Source: Rhynchopus sp. YZ270_cl-10
Taxonomy: Eukaryota
Direction of reading: 5' to 3'
Assembly (NCBI GenBank): GCA_964035575.1
Contig: OZ037833.1
Location: forward strand, 806,001-870,000
DNA: 64,000 nucleotides
Part shown: piece by piece, positions 20,640-33,036 of the stretch
Position numbering within the stretch: position 1 is the first letter of the stretch
Layout: the number at the start of each line of letters is the position of its first letter
Notes under the pieces: model-generated
Seen by the model: the letters and a program-made list of their open reading frames with translations, nothing else
Told to the model about the DNA's origin: nothing
The model's database searches: none
Position numbers and translations under genes: made by a program

Positions 20640-23600
20640 GATCGGGTCTTTTGTTTGTGCGCTCAAAGCCGGGAAAACAAAAAGGTGAAAAAATGTGTTA
20701 AACTGAAGTACGGTTGTTGTGGTTAATTGAGTACTCAAAGAAAACAAGCAAGCTTCTGTTTTTTTTCAATCCGTTTTGTTTGCCCTGCAGCGCTGCCTCC
20801 AATCTTTTTAGAATTGACAACAAGTTGTTTTATCAAAAAAGATCGGGTCTTTTGTTTGTGCGCTCAAAGCCGGTCATTATTGGAACACCCCCCTCCCCTC
20901 CCCCCTTGTTCTATAAGAGGCTAAAAGGGGGAAAACGAGGTGACCTCGAGGATGACTAGTCCGAGTGTGTGATGTTATCAGTACATCAGCTCGCAAAAAA
21001 TCGGTTCCTCTCAGTTCCTGTATTCCACTTCCACCACGTGAACAGTGTGATTTGAGGCTTGAGGCTTTTTCTTTTTCTTTTTTTTTTTTTTATACAGCAA
21101 GAAACTACAGTAAGCTCCGCTGGGAGAGAGGGAGATTTTATATCGGGGCATCGAGGGAGAAGGCACTCCCTACGCCCCACGGACAGTCAGAGAATCGTTC
21201 TACAACGGAGGATTGGCTCAGCGTACGTTATTACGGTACGTGAATACGGTTACGAAATCCGGGGTCTAGTAGACGGGAAGGGATGTCAGTAGGGTGGTCT
21301 GTCGAACCGGACGCAAAACAGGTGGATTAACGTTGCTGTGGAGATAATGTAGTGGAGCAGCAGTAGAGTCGGGGTTCAAGAGAGACGCCGCAATCCAAGC
21401 TAGCAATAACCCCTGTGTTGTCGACGTGGACAGTCACGGCGCGGTTCGGCAGACAAGTTGCCAGCAGGGTGGCAGCATAAATACTGCATACAGTTCCTTC
21501 TTCCCTTCCCTGCCAAATCAAACCTAGTCTATGTCGCATTCTGACATCCAGAGGAGTCGGACATCGGTAGTCCCAGTGCGTGGACCAGCCCCTAAGCACA
21601 GCGATGAGGCATCACCAGAAAAGCATACTCTGCTCCTAGGTGAGGTCCAAAGTGTTGAGAAGTCGCCATATTAGTGATCCATTTTGGAGCCATGTTAATT
21701 GTCCTCTCAACGAGGTTTACATGAAGGCCAACATCAGAACCCTCAGTTTGTAGTGGTGAGACTTCGTCCAACGTCAAGCTGTAGTGATACGCGCACCAGG
21801 TGGATGTCTCTTCGTGTTGCTGTGAAGAGAATATAGCGGAGCGGTAGTAGAGCCGGGGTTCAAGAGAGACGTCGCAATCATTACCATCCAAGCTAGCAAG
21901 AACCCCTGTGTTGCCGATGTGGATAGTCACGGCGCAGTTCGGCAGAAAAGAAGCCAGCAAGGCGACAGCCGCCCATACTGCCTGTTGGTAAATGCAACAA
22001 AAGTCAAACAACCTCCTGCCTATGACGCATCAGCGTAGATGCTGGTAACTTTGACACGTTATGACGTCTAGCTCCCATAGATAAATCCTGTCCTTTGCAG
22101 CACTCTGTCCTCCAGAGAAGCACGGGACGTAGTAGGACATCAGAGTCCCAGTGTGTGGACAAGCCACAAACCTCTCAACGAGGCTCACATGAAGGCCTGC
22201 AACAGAACCCTCAGTTATAGTGGTGAGACTTCTCCCAACGTCAACCTGTAACAAGTGCATAGTGCTCTGAAGCGTGAAGATGCCTCTACGCGTCGTTTCT
22301 GATCCTGCGAAAACTACGCTATCCAACCAAAAGAATTGTACCGCCTCTACTGAGTGAACGCTTTCCGCTTCAAGAGTAGATGAGACAGCTTAACCGGCTG
22401 AGGAGCAGGTCTGTATCCCATGGGGAGTCTGCGCATTTGGAATGTACGGTTCCGAAGAGGGTCGAGCCTTGATGTGCAAGCCAAACTGCAAAAGGACTAA
22501 GCTCGAAAACCGAGCTCCTGAAAATAGCAGTTGGTCAGAGCATATCCCTGATCGTTGCACACAGCAGGGTCTCGTTGATGTAGCACTGTTCGGGAGCTGT
22601 GTCTTCAGCTGTTGGAGAAATAGGTAACCTCGCCTTCTGTAACAGGAGGCAAGACGGGAAAGTGTGTAGTGTTGTAAATATGGGTAGCGTTGGTGAAGGG
22701 AAGTCGATGAGGCGCAGACGACAGTAGGTCAGTTCTGGCATCCATATCTCGAAGTGCTGGTTGGGAGCCTTATGGGAGCTGGAAGGGTTGGTGAAGATAG
22801 TGGAAGGAAGGTCGTGGGTCGTGTGTTGGTAGTCTTGTGTCACTTGGGGTCCGTGTCCTTCGGCGCCTCCTTCCGCTGATTCTTGTGAGACGCGGGGTTC
22901 CCAAAAACCTGGCCACCTCCGATCTTCTCCTGCTTTAGCTTTTATCTGCGGCATTCGTGGCATCCTGGTAAGCGACCACTGCTCCCATGTCCACGAAGCG
23001 GCGATGGACAAGCCCTAAAGCGTTACAACCAGCCACTAAACGTGGACAACAAAGCATTATAACAAGTAACTAAGCATGGACAGGCCACTCCTCGTGGACA
23101 AGTCGCTGAACGTGGACAAGCCACTCATCGTGGACAAGTCACTAAGTGCTACATTTGCGTAACTAAGGACAGGCCACTCCTCGTGGCCAAGTCATTGGGC
23201 GTGGACAAGCCACTAAGCGTTACATTTGAGTAATTAAGGACAGGTCCTCGTGGACAAGTCACTGAGCGTGGACAAGTGTTACATTTGAGTAACTAAGGAC
23301 AGGTCACTAAGTGTTACATTGAGTAACTAGGGACAGGCCACTCATCGTGGACAAGTCACTGAGTGTGGACAAGCCACTAAGTGTTACATTTGAGTAACTA
23401 AGGACAAGCCACTGCTCGTGGACAAGTCACTGGGCGTGGACAAGCCACTAAGTGTCACATTTGAGTAACTAAAGACAAGCCACTCCTCGTGGACAAGTCA
23501 CTGAGCGTGGACAAGCCACTAAGTGTTACATTTGAGTAACTAAAGACAAGCCACTCCTCGTGGACAAGTCACTGGGCGTGGACAAGCCACTAAGTGTTAC

Positions 23601-24878
23601 ATTTGAGTAACTAAGGACAGGCCACTGCACGTGGACAAGTCACTGAGCGTGGACAAGCCACTAAGTGTTACATTTGAGTAACTAAAGACAAGCCACTCCT
23701 CGTGGACAAGTCATTGGGCGTGGACAAGCCACTAAGTGTTACATTTGAGTAACTAAGGACAAGCCACTAAGTGTTACATTTGAGTAACTAAGGACAGGCC
23801 ACTGCACGTGGACAAGTCACTGGGCGTGGACAAGCCACTAAGTGTTACATTTGAGTAACTAGTTACATTAAAGCAACTAAGGACAAGCCACTGCACGTGG
23901 ACAAGTCACTGGGCGTGGACAAGCCACTAAGTGTCACATTTGAGTAACTAGTTACATTAAAGCAACTAAGGACAAGCCACTGCACGTGGACAAGTCACTG
24001 GGCGTGGACAAGCCACTAAGTGTCACATTTGAGTAACTAGTTACATTAAAGCAACTAAGGACAAGCCACTGCACGTGGACAAGTCACTGGGCGTGGACAA
24101 GCCACTAAGTGTCACATTTGAGTAACTAGTTACATTAAAGCAACTAAGGACAAGCCACTGCACGTGGACAAGTCATTGGGCGTGGACAAGCCACTAAGTG
24201 TTACATTTGAGTAACTAAGGACAAGCCACTAAGTGTTACATTTGAGTAACTAAGGACAGGCCACTGCACGTGGACAAGTCACTGGGCGTGGACAAGCCAC
24301 TAAGTGTTACATTTGAGTAACTAGTTACATTAAAGCAACTAAGGACAAGCCACTGCACGTGGACAAGTCACTGGGCGTGGACAAGCCACTAAGTGTCACA
24401 TTTGAGTAACTAGTTACATTAAAGCAACTAAGGACAAGCCACTGCACGTGGACAAGTCATTGGGCGTGGACAAGCCACTAAGTGTTACATTTGAGTAACT
24501 TGGGGATTGACCCCATGGATGGGAACAGACTCGTCGTCTGTGTTACCGACCAACTCTGTGGCGGCCATTCGAAGCACTGGTGCCCCCTGACGGATGGCAT
24601 AACAGCACGGGGGGCACCAGTGCTGTTAAGAAACAAGAAGATGCCTCTACGCGTCGTTTCTGATCCTGCAAAAACTACGTTATCCATTTTGTTTGTGCGC
24701 TCAAAGCCGGGAAAACAAAAAGGTGAAAAAATGTGTTAAACTGAAGTACGGTTGTTGTGGTTAATTGAGTACTCAAAGAAAACAAGCAAGCTTCTGTTTT
24801 TTTTCAATCCGTTTTGTTTGCCCTGCAGCGCTGCCTCCAATCTTTTTAGAATTGACAACAAGTTGTTTTATCAAAAAA
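20640..24878 (-). mobile_element. Degenerate tyrosine-recombinase-type (DIRS order; Ngaro/PAT/TATE-like) retroelement with split direct repeats
   Basis: 192-bp direct repeat at 20649-20840 and 24687-24878; 33-bp repeat at 20640-20672 and 20841-20873; internal end-to-end junction TATCAAAAAA|GATCGGG; no TSD. Two decayed RNase H-like peptides: AVWAAVALLASFLPNCAVTIHIGNTGVLASL and LLATCLPNRAVTVHVDNTGVIASL. Confidence 0.7.
23030..24500. repeat. Minisatellite of ~60-80 bp units built from GGACAAGYCACT and AAGTGTTACATTTGAGTAACT sub-motifs
   Basis: Directly visible tandem units, degenerate at the left end and more homogeneous to the right; no unique spacers. Confidence 0.95.
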
Positions 24879-25951
24879 AATAGTGAAAAAACGGCTTTTT
24901 TCACGTTTTGGCCACTTTGGGCAAAATAGCGATTTTTCGAGAAAAAAATCAAAAACCGGGATATTTTTTGACATCACAAAGCCTCCTTTGGCACAAATAT
25001 ACCCCAAAAGTGGCCTGTGAGTCCATTCCAACCTGTTTTGGACATATTTGACACTTTTGGAAGTGTTTTTTTGGTGTTTTTAGGTCAAAAAAATGCCCAA
25101 GACGTCCCCAAGACATCCCCAAGACACTTTGCACACCCCCTGTTACGGTCATATTTTTTTCGTTTTTTTGCCTGAAACCCCCAAAATACCCCTCCCGGAC
25201 CCCACATAGTCCCGAATATCCATCACACACCCACTCAGAGTGAGTAGAAGCACCCCAAAAAAAATATTTTTTAAAGCCCTAAAATTGTGCTTCAGTTTCG
25301 GCAGCATCCATGTTGAAGTTGAAGGGCTTTAAAAAATATTTTTTTTGGGGTGCTTCTACTCACTCTGAGTGGGTGTGTGATGGATATTCGGGACTATGTG
25401 GGGTCCGGGAGGGGTATTTTGGGGGTTTCAGGCAAAAAAACGAAAAAAATATGACCGTAACAGGGGGTGTGCAAAGTGTCTTGGGGATGTCTTGGGGACG
25501 TCTTGGGCATTTTTTTGACCTAAAAACACCAAAAAAACACTTCCAAAAGTGTCAAATATGTCCAAAACAGGTTGGAATGGACTCACAGGCCACTTTTGGG
25601 GTATATTTGTGCCAAAGGAGGCTTTGTGATGTCAAAAAATATCCCGGTTTTTGATTTTTTTCTCGAAAAATCGCTATTTTGCCCAAAGTGGCCAAAACGT
25701 GAAAAAAGCCGTTTTTTCACTATTTTTTTCCATTTTTTTGTATTCTGGGGTGGCTTCTGGGTCGTTTTTCGACCCACAGGCCCCCTGTGACCCACTCTGA
25801 GGGTGTTTTTCACCCGCAGTTGCCTTGGAGATGACCAGATAATGCCAAATGAATTTTCCGTGCGCAAAAAATGGCTGGAGTCGTACCCCCTACCCCCCCC
25901 CCCCCCCCCCCCCTCTCACACTGTACTATTCCACCGTCATAATCATAACTA

Positions 25952-28132
25952 TCAGTCCCCCTCACTCTCATTGTAGCTAGACGAACCTGACACACTTACG
26001 GTATCGGGTGACGCTGGCGGTGACCCGCTGGCCTGCGGTGGTGTATCCTTCCCAGCACGCACCCCCCCTCTCGCCTCTACACTACTCTCCTGCGCGGTGC
26101 TTTCATTATCGCCACTGGTGGTGGTACTGTTCGCCTCCTCCTCTGTGTCGCTGCTGTGCTCAGAAGAGCCTTCTAGGGGAGGTGCAGTGTTTCCTTCTAA
26201 GGCACTACTGCTTACGTCCCCATCACCATCCCCGTCTGCTTCTCTCGGTGTGTTCGAATCGGTCTCAAAGCCTGCCCTTTTTGATGTCCCAAAAGCAACC
26301 ATCGCCGTAGGTAGTATTGCGAAAGACTCCCTCAGACTCTCCAGCACAGAGGTGACCCTCTCTGCTGCTAGGTCCCGTTCTACCTCGCCCATATGTACGG
26401 CAAAGAGAGACGCGGTAGGGGTGCTATAGGCTATCACTTTGGTCGTAAAATTTGGGTCAATTTCGAGTTGAAGAGAAGCGAGAAACCCTTGAACAACAGA
26501 ACGAAGCTGAACACAAACCGGGCGAAGGGAGAACTGAAAATCTCGCTTCCACCTGGCAAGATGGTGTGAGGTGATCATATAGCAGGTGTCCTCAATGTCT
26601 TGCTTAAGGGTAACTGCGTTTTCAGATACTCGAAAATACCCCGCGCAGACAGCATTGCGCAGCAACTTCCACCTCTCTGGGGAGGTTTGCGGATGCACGG
26701 TTCTCTGTCGGAGTTCCTGAACAGAGTCGTGGATGATTTTGTTGCATGCAAGCAGCTTTTTGATCGCACGGCCCTTCTTTTCGTCGGCCACCATCGTTCT
26801 CTTGCGTCGTACTATACCCGGCTCGATGACACTGAATCTCGTCTCCCTAGGTGAGGTGCCACAGAAGCTGTCCTCTTGCGCCTCGGGGAGGTGGTGATAC
26901 TTCAGACCAAGGTTGAGTGCGACTAACAGATCGCTGGTACGTCCGACAGCGAAGACACGCACGCCGGTGATCCCGAGGAGAATGAGCTTGCTCTGTCGGT
27001 CGATCTTAAACTGAACCACCATCCTCGAGATGTAGTGCTTGGTCCCCTTCTGTGCCTGCGAGTTGAGTGCAAAGTGATCGGCTATGCTCTTACACGCCTT
27101 CTTCACCTTATCCTTCAAGAGATGACTCAGGTTTATCTCGCGTGACAGATGCGGGGGACCATCGAAGGTGACGGCACGTTCGGTGAGGGGAAGGCTTTCG
27201 TCGTTCAGCTTATGTCGGTTCTGTGGTGAATATTATATTTCCCAACCCAACAATGATAAAGCGTGAAGATTTGCTAAGAAGAATAAATTTGAGGTTTTTT
27301 TTGTGAGGCACTCAAAACGAGTGTGCCGGATCTGTGGAGGCACAGTGTTATCAACACCCCCCAGTCTTTTTCCTACGCTTCCAAGGGGGGGGAAAGTAGA
27401 GTTGAAATACAAAGCCCTCTCGCGATAGTGTACCTAAAAAACCGGCTGTACCGTGGGTGGGCACCCAACCATGCAGTCCTACATCCATTTCGTGGTTTAG
27501 ATCTGATAAAAGATAAAATGGTAACTTCTACATACCCTCCTCCTCTCGATCATGCATTTGATCCCAGAGGTCCACACCGCCTGGATGACGTCGTTGTGCA
27601 CACCATTCTGCGGCTGCACCCACTGCTGTATCGTGCACGAGCCTTTCCCTCTATTGCGCGAGAAGAGGAAGAGCCGTAGAGAGGCCTTCGTTAGGTACAT
27701 CACATTTGTCACCTCTTTGCCTTTGTGGTGGCCGCGGGCGGTGTAGGTGCCGACGATGTCGGTGTCCGATTTTCCTGCCGAGAATGAGGCATCAATCTTC
27801 TGTGTATCCACCTTGTCACGTTTGATGTTGCCACGAAGCTGTCTTTGCCGTGTTCCATCCGCAAGCACAGTGGTCTCATATTCGTCTTCATAGCGGTACC
27901 ACCCCTTTGGAATGTTGTTCTCCCATACGACAGTGTCCGCAATCTGGCGGAGCAAACACTGCTCTCCATCTAGCTCCGGTCTTGACACCCTATGTGTCAT
28001 ACACCAATGTCCAGTCCCCTCCCACAACACATTGTATAAATGGGTCAAGGGCTGTGACTCTAAACTGTGCGTCTCATACCCCCTATTATGCAACTGCTGG
28101 TTGATCTGCTGTTTCAGCTTTTGGCTGTACAT
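25952..28132 (-). CDS. Hypothetical protein, ~621 aa, two exons (28132-27536 and 27220-25952), acidic low-complexity C-terminal tail
   Basis: Two ORFs are joined by a 315-bp GT-AG phase-0 intron (donor AGG|GTATGT, acceptor CACCACAG|AAC), giving ...VIQAVWTSGIKCMIERRR-NRHKLNDESLPLTERAVTFDGPPHLS... The start codon is not certain. Confidence 0.8.
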
Positions 28133-28795
28133 TTTTTTGGAAAAAAAAGAAGAAAAAAAAGAAGAAAAAAAAAAAAAAAAACGATAGATTTAGCAAAGAT
28201 TTACCATTGTAGAAGAGGGCTTCTTGTAGGGAAAGAAAAAATAAACTGTGTGGCTTTGTGTAATAATATATAGGTAATATGTAGGGGGTAGAGAGAGGGG
28301 TAGAGAGAGGGGTAGAGAGAGGGGTAGAGAGAGAGGGAGATATGCATTGAGTGTAGCGGAGAGAACAAATGAAGGGTTTTTTTTTTTGGGGGGTGTCTTC
28401 ACAAATACTCAAGTGCACGCGTGAGCCTAAAAGCTATATACTATGTAGGTTTTCAGAATGGCCTGACACAGCAGGATCACGAGAGCGCACTACACCTTCT
28501 ACGTGTGGTGGGGAGGTAAAATGGGAACTGGGCGACGAACAATGGAGCAGACAAGTGGCAGCAGCATTGCGTTTGACAACAACACAACAACACACTGTGT
28601 CCGTTCACAGTCCGCACAAAACTTTATAACTGTACAAAAGCAAAAAAAAAAAAAATAAAAAGCTTGAAAAGCGAACAACACAAAAAAAAATTCAACTTTG
28701 ACTGAGAATCATATCAATCAAACCAAACAACACAACCACTGCTTGCAGCAGGCCTCCTTGACCTGCAGCAGGGTTGCATCAATACGTCAGACACT

Positions 28796-29980
28796 TCACT
28801 GGGAACGGTACTTCTTCGACACAGCACGTGTCGCAGTCGCGAAGGCCTCCTTGCGGGGAAGGCCAGACTTCATGGCAGCCGTGTACTCAGCGGGGAAGTG
28901 CTTCTTCGTGAAGAGCGCGTACTTGGTAGCAGGCTTCTTCAGGCTCTGGCGGATGTCGGTCCTCTTGGCCAAGTTCTTTGCTGCCTCGGCCCCGAGCACT
29001 CCACGCTGCTGGGCGGAGAGTGCTGCCCACTTCGTGTTCACATCCTTCAGGGTCAGCTTCGTTCCCATCATCGTCTTCTGGACGAACAGGGTGCGTGCGG
29101 AGACAGGTCCGCTCGATGCGATCTTGGCCTTCTTGGCCTTCTTCTCGTTGACACGAGCCTTGAGGGCAGCCTTCTTGTCTTTGGCAGCCTGTCTCTTCTT
29201 CGCCAGACGAGCCTTGAGGGCAGCCTTCTTGGCCTTCTGAACCTGCTTTGCCTTGGCAACACGAGCCCTGAGAGCAGCCTTCTTGGCCTTCTTGACCTGC
29301 TTTGCCTTGGCAACACGAGCCTTGAGAGCAGCCTTCTTTGCCTTCTTGACCTGCTTTGCCTTGGAAACACGAGCCTTCAGGGCGGCTTTCTTGGCCTTGT
29401 GAGCAGCCTTCTTGTCCTTCTTGACCTGTGCCTTCTTCGCAACACGAGCCTTAAGAGCAGCCTTCTTGGCCTTGACAGCCTGTGCCTTCTTCGCAACACG
29501 AGCCTTCAGGGCAGCCTTCTTGGCCTTGACAGCCTGTGCCTTCTTCGCAACACGAGCCTTCAGGGCAGCCTTCTTGGCCTTGACAGCCTGTGCCTTCTTC
29601 GCAACACGAGCCTTAAGAGCAGCCTTCTTGGCCTTGACAGCCTGTGCCTTCTTCGCAACACGAGCCTTAAGAGCAGCCTTCTTGGCAGACTTGTTCGCCT
29701 TCTTCACAATCTTCTTCACCTTCTTTGCCTTCTTTGCCTGCACCTTCTTGGCCTTCTTCACAACCTTCTTGGCTGCCTTCTTCACAACCTTCTTCGCGAC
29801 CTTCTTCACTGCCTTCTTGGCCGGCTTCACCTTCTTGGCAGACACCTTCTTCGACGCAGACTTCTTCGCCACAGGCTTCTTTGCTGCCTTGGTCACCTTG
29901 CTGCGCATCTGCACGGCACCCACCTGCACAGCAGGGAGCACGAACTTCGCCTGGCGCGCAATGGAACGAAGAGACATCAT
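28796..29980 (-). CDS. Mitochondrion-targeted Lys/Ala-rich DNA-binding protein (KAP/histone H1-like with C-terminal HMG-like boxes), copy 1, 394 aa
   Basis: Presequence-like MMSLRSIARQAKFVLPAVQVGAVQMRS; 18-aa repeats KAKKAALKARVAKKAQAV; C-terminal PVSARTLFVQK...KWAALS and KKPATKYALFTKKHF...AVSKKY resemble kinetoplastid KAP3/KAP4 HMG-like regions. Confidence 0.85.
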   Translation of the reverse strand: MMSLRSIARQAKFVLPAVQVGAVQMRSKVTKAAKKPVAKKSASKKVSAKKVKPAKKAVKKVAKKVVKKAAKKVVKKAKKVQAKKAKKVKKIVKKANKSAKKAALKARVAKKAQAVKAKKAALKARVAKKAQAVKAKKAALKARVAKKAQAVKAKKAALKARVAKKAQAVKAKKAALKARVAKKAQVKKDKKAAHKAKKAALKARVSKAKQVKKAKKAALKARVAKAKQVKKAKKAALRARVAKAKQVQKAKKAALKARLAKKRQAAKDKKAALKARVNEKKAKKAKIASSGPVSARTLFVQKTMMGTKLTLKDVNTKWAALSAQQRGVLGAEAAKNLAKRTDIRQSLKKPATKYALFTKKHFPAEYTAAMKSGLPRKEAFATATRAVSKKYRSQ

Positions 29981-30454
29981 TTTGAAGTGTGAAGGGTGTG
30001 GCGGGTATATAATGTGGTGGAACTATGGTGGTGGGGGTGGGTTGTGCTGTGTCGGGTTGGGCTATTCAAAAAGTTGTGAAATGCAGGGGGGTTGTTTTCT
30101 TGTATTTGAAGTATCGAAGATACTCCGCACTGTGCGGCCTTTGAGACTAACGAACCAATGAAGGCTTTCAACAAACTCTCTTCTTAGACACTCAAAGAGA
30201 ATGAAAGCCACAAAACAAAGAAATGGCCACTGGAAATATAATTGCATTTGTCCCACACGTGAGCCTAAAAGCTACATACTATTTAGGTTTTCAGAATAAA
30301 ATAATTAAAACCGCGTTCGTCTTTTGTTTAGTTGGTACGCTACCCACGTCATACGCACTATCAGGCAGGGGGTTTTTATGGGTTACGTTTGGTTCTTTGT
30401 TCTTTTCGACATACAAATAAAAACAAAAACTTTCACTTTTTTTTTTAGTAGTAT

Positions 30455-32472
30455 CATGGCTTCATAAATATATTCAATATTTTTTTTCACGTTTTTTTCA
30501 ATATCAATACATTGATCAATATCACGTAGGAAATTTTCAATATATTGACACTTTTACCGTGTAAATTTCCCATTCAATATTTGCAAATATTGATCAATAT
30601 ATTGATCAATATATTGACACTTTCCTTCACACAATGGTCTTGCGCCCCTTGGAAACTGGGTCTGCATCTTCCAACCTCACACAACTACATAAAAACATGC
30701 CCGAGTTGAGGCACAAAAAAATTGCCCCAATTTCCAGGACTGGTAATTGAACTTCGGACCAAAAAATGCAAAAAATATGGCGACTTGTGTGATACCAACT
30801 CTGACAAAAGGGAAGACACCCTTCTTCAGAAGCCAGGTAGAGAATGCTGTTCCCCACCCCCTCTCACTGTCCGCGTAGCCCCCACTAAGGAGCCATCTGA
30901 TGCCACAAGGCAAGTCGCTCCCCCGCGATGGCATTGAATGGCACGTGCGCGTTTACGAACTGAACCATGATTGCCCTTAGAGTCCCACGGTAACACGTGC
31001 AAAATCATAGAGTTTTTTTGGCTGTTAAAAAGGCTGGGGTATGAAGACCACAAGAAGAGGTCGCGTGATTCGTCGAGCGGTTGTGAACCGCCTCCGTTCT
31101 CTTACGGTACGGAACACCCACCTCCTACCCTTTGCATGAGCTCGACTGCGTTTTAGCACGTTTCAACTACTCTTTTCTCTCGTTCTGTACCCAGAACAAC
31201 CTCCTCTCCAAGCAGCAAACCCCACCCTGACCAGGGGAAGCCTCCTGGGCCCATAAGCGGAACTATTTACTCACTGATCCTCTCATAAAAAAAGACGTGT
31301 GGATGGATGGATTTTTCAAATGTATGTTCACAACTCTCATAAAAAAGTAGCGCACCATGCGCCTGCGGCGCGGACAAAATTTGGTTTTGCGAATCCTAAA
31401 TATTTTTTGCTAGCTCGTGTGGTTGATGAGCGAGAACGAAACCAAATCGATCGCAACGCCTCGTACACTAGCTAAAACACCTGAATGGTCACAGAACACA
31501 ACGCAGTGCATGGTTTTGTGGGTTGTTTTTGCCCACAGAAGTACCCCTGCGCGGCCTAGACCTGGTTCTAGCACCCCAGAATCGCGTTTCCCAGTCCATA
31601 TAGCCGGGTATGGGCCCAAAAAACCACCCAAAAAGGCGAAAATCCCGGTTTTTGGTGAAAAACGCCCGTTTTGCCCATAGGGACTTAAGGAACGCACGTT
31701 TCTAAATCATTTCCCACGTAAACTCGCGACACGAAAATAGGAATTAAAAACAAATCTCTCACAGATCTGATTTGGTGATTCGCATTTTTGAGGCCCAATC
31801 TTTCCAACGCCGAAAAAATCTTACACTTTGGTGCATTTTCGGGTGGGTGCACCAGGAGGGTACTGGGAGGGCAGCAACCTTAAAAACCTAAACACAAGTG
31901 TTTAGGAATTACGAGCGGTAGCCCACAGCTCTACCCTATCCATGATATAGTTTGGCTGTGATAATGTGCGATTTATGGCACAATCTTTGAAATGTTGCGC
32001 ACATGGTTTCAACAGAAAAGTTTGACCCTTTGCCTCTCCACTCTGTGGCTGGAAGGGAGCTGAGAATAAGCCGGGTCCCGGGTACTGTCCCAGGACTAGA
32101 ACTAGGACGGGTACTGGGCACTGGGTACAGTCCCAGTCCTAGGGACTGGGAATACCCCTCCATTCCCCACCCTCCCGCGCCCGGGTCCCTGACCCGCTTT
32201 CAGGCGTTTTCACAGCGTTTTCGACATATTGTGCCCAGTCCCACTGAGAATAACCGGGTCCCGGGTCCCCAAGTCTTATTCTCAGCTATGGCCTCCCGTC
32301 AAGGAAAAAGCAGGCACTGCAACGTCAATATTCAATAATATGATCAATATTTCAATATTATTGAAATATTGACAGTTTTCAGTCAATATTATTGACACTT
32401 TCAATATTCAATCAATAATATTCATCACCAAATCAATATATTGACGATATTCAATATATTTATGAAGCCATG
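30455..32472. mobile_element. 2.0-kb non-autonomous TIR element, CATGG...CCATG termini, 6-bp TSD TAGTAT
   Basis: TAGTAT|CATGGCTTCATAAATATATT ... AATATATTTATGAAGCCATG|TAGTAT; subterminal TCAATAT/ATATTGA repeats at both ends. Confidence 0.88.
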
Positions 32473-32491
32473 TAGTATTAGTAGTTTTTTT

Positions 32492-32738
32492 AGTACCCAG
32501 TACCCAGTACACCAGTACACCAGTACACCAGTACACCAGTACACCAGTACACCAGTACACCAGTACACCAGTACACCAGTACACCAGTACACCAGTACAC
32601 CAGTACACCAGTACACCAGTACACCAGTACACCAGTACACCAGTACACCAGTACACCAGTACACCAGTACACCAGTACACCAGTACACCAGTACACCAGT
32701 ACACCAGTACCCAGTACACAGTACACAGTACACAGTAC
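32492..32738. repeat. (CCAGTACA)n microsatellite with 7-bp variant flanks
   Basis: Directly visible. Confidence 0.97.
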
Positions 32739-32828
32739 GTATGGGAAAAATACGTGGGGTTTGGCCTGTACGGTCCTATCCGGACCTATCCGGGCCTATC
32801 CGCGGGGTAAAAATCAGGTGGATAACTG

Positions 32829-33004
32829 CAGGGGAGGAGCTTGGGGGTTAAATCGGGTCAGATTGACCCGATTTCCTTCGGCCCCATGGAAAAAAACGGG
32901 TCAGGGCCAGTGTTTCCGCTATGAAGATATGACCCAAAAAATCTTCAAAAAAAAAAAAAAATCTGGGATTTTCCCGTTTTTTCCCATGAAGATATCTTCA
33001 TGAG

Positions 33005-33036
<32 letters not shown>

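Larger units (their letters stand above)
20464..25890. mobile_element. Non-autonomous foldback TIR element (~1.2 kb without its insert), TA target duplication, left arm interrupted by a 4.2-kb insertion
   Basis: TA|GGGGATACGACTCCAGCC ... GGCTGGAGTCGTACCCCC|TA. Left arm is 20464-20639 plus 24879-25280, right arm is 25323-25890, with a 42-bp loop at 25281-25322. Confidence 0.88.

Noticed and set aside
23030..24500. CRISPR-like array
   Set aside because: No unique spacers, no cas genes, eukaryotic context; it is a minisatellite.
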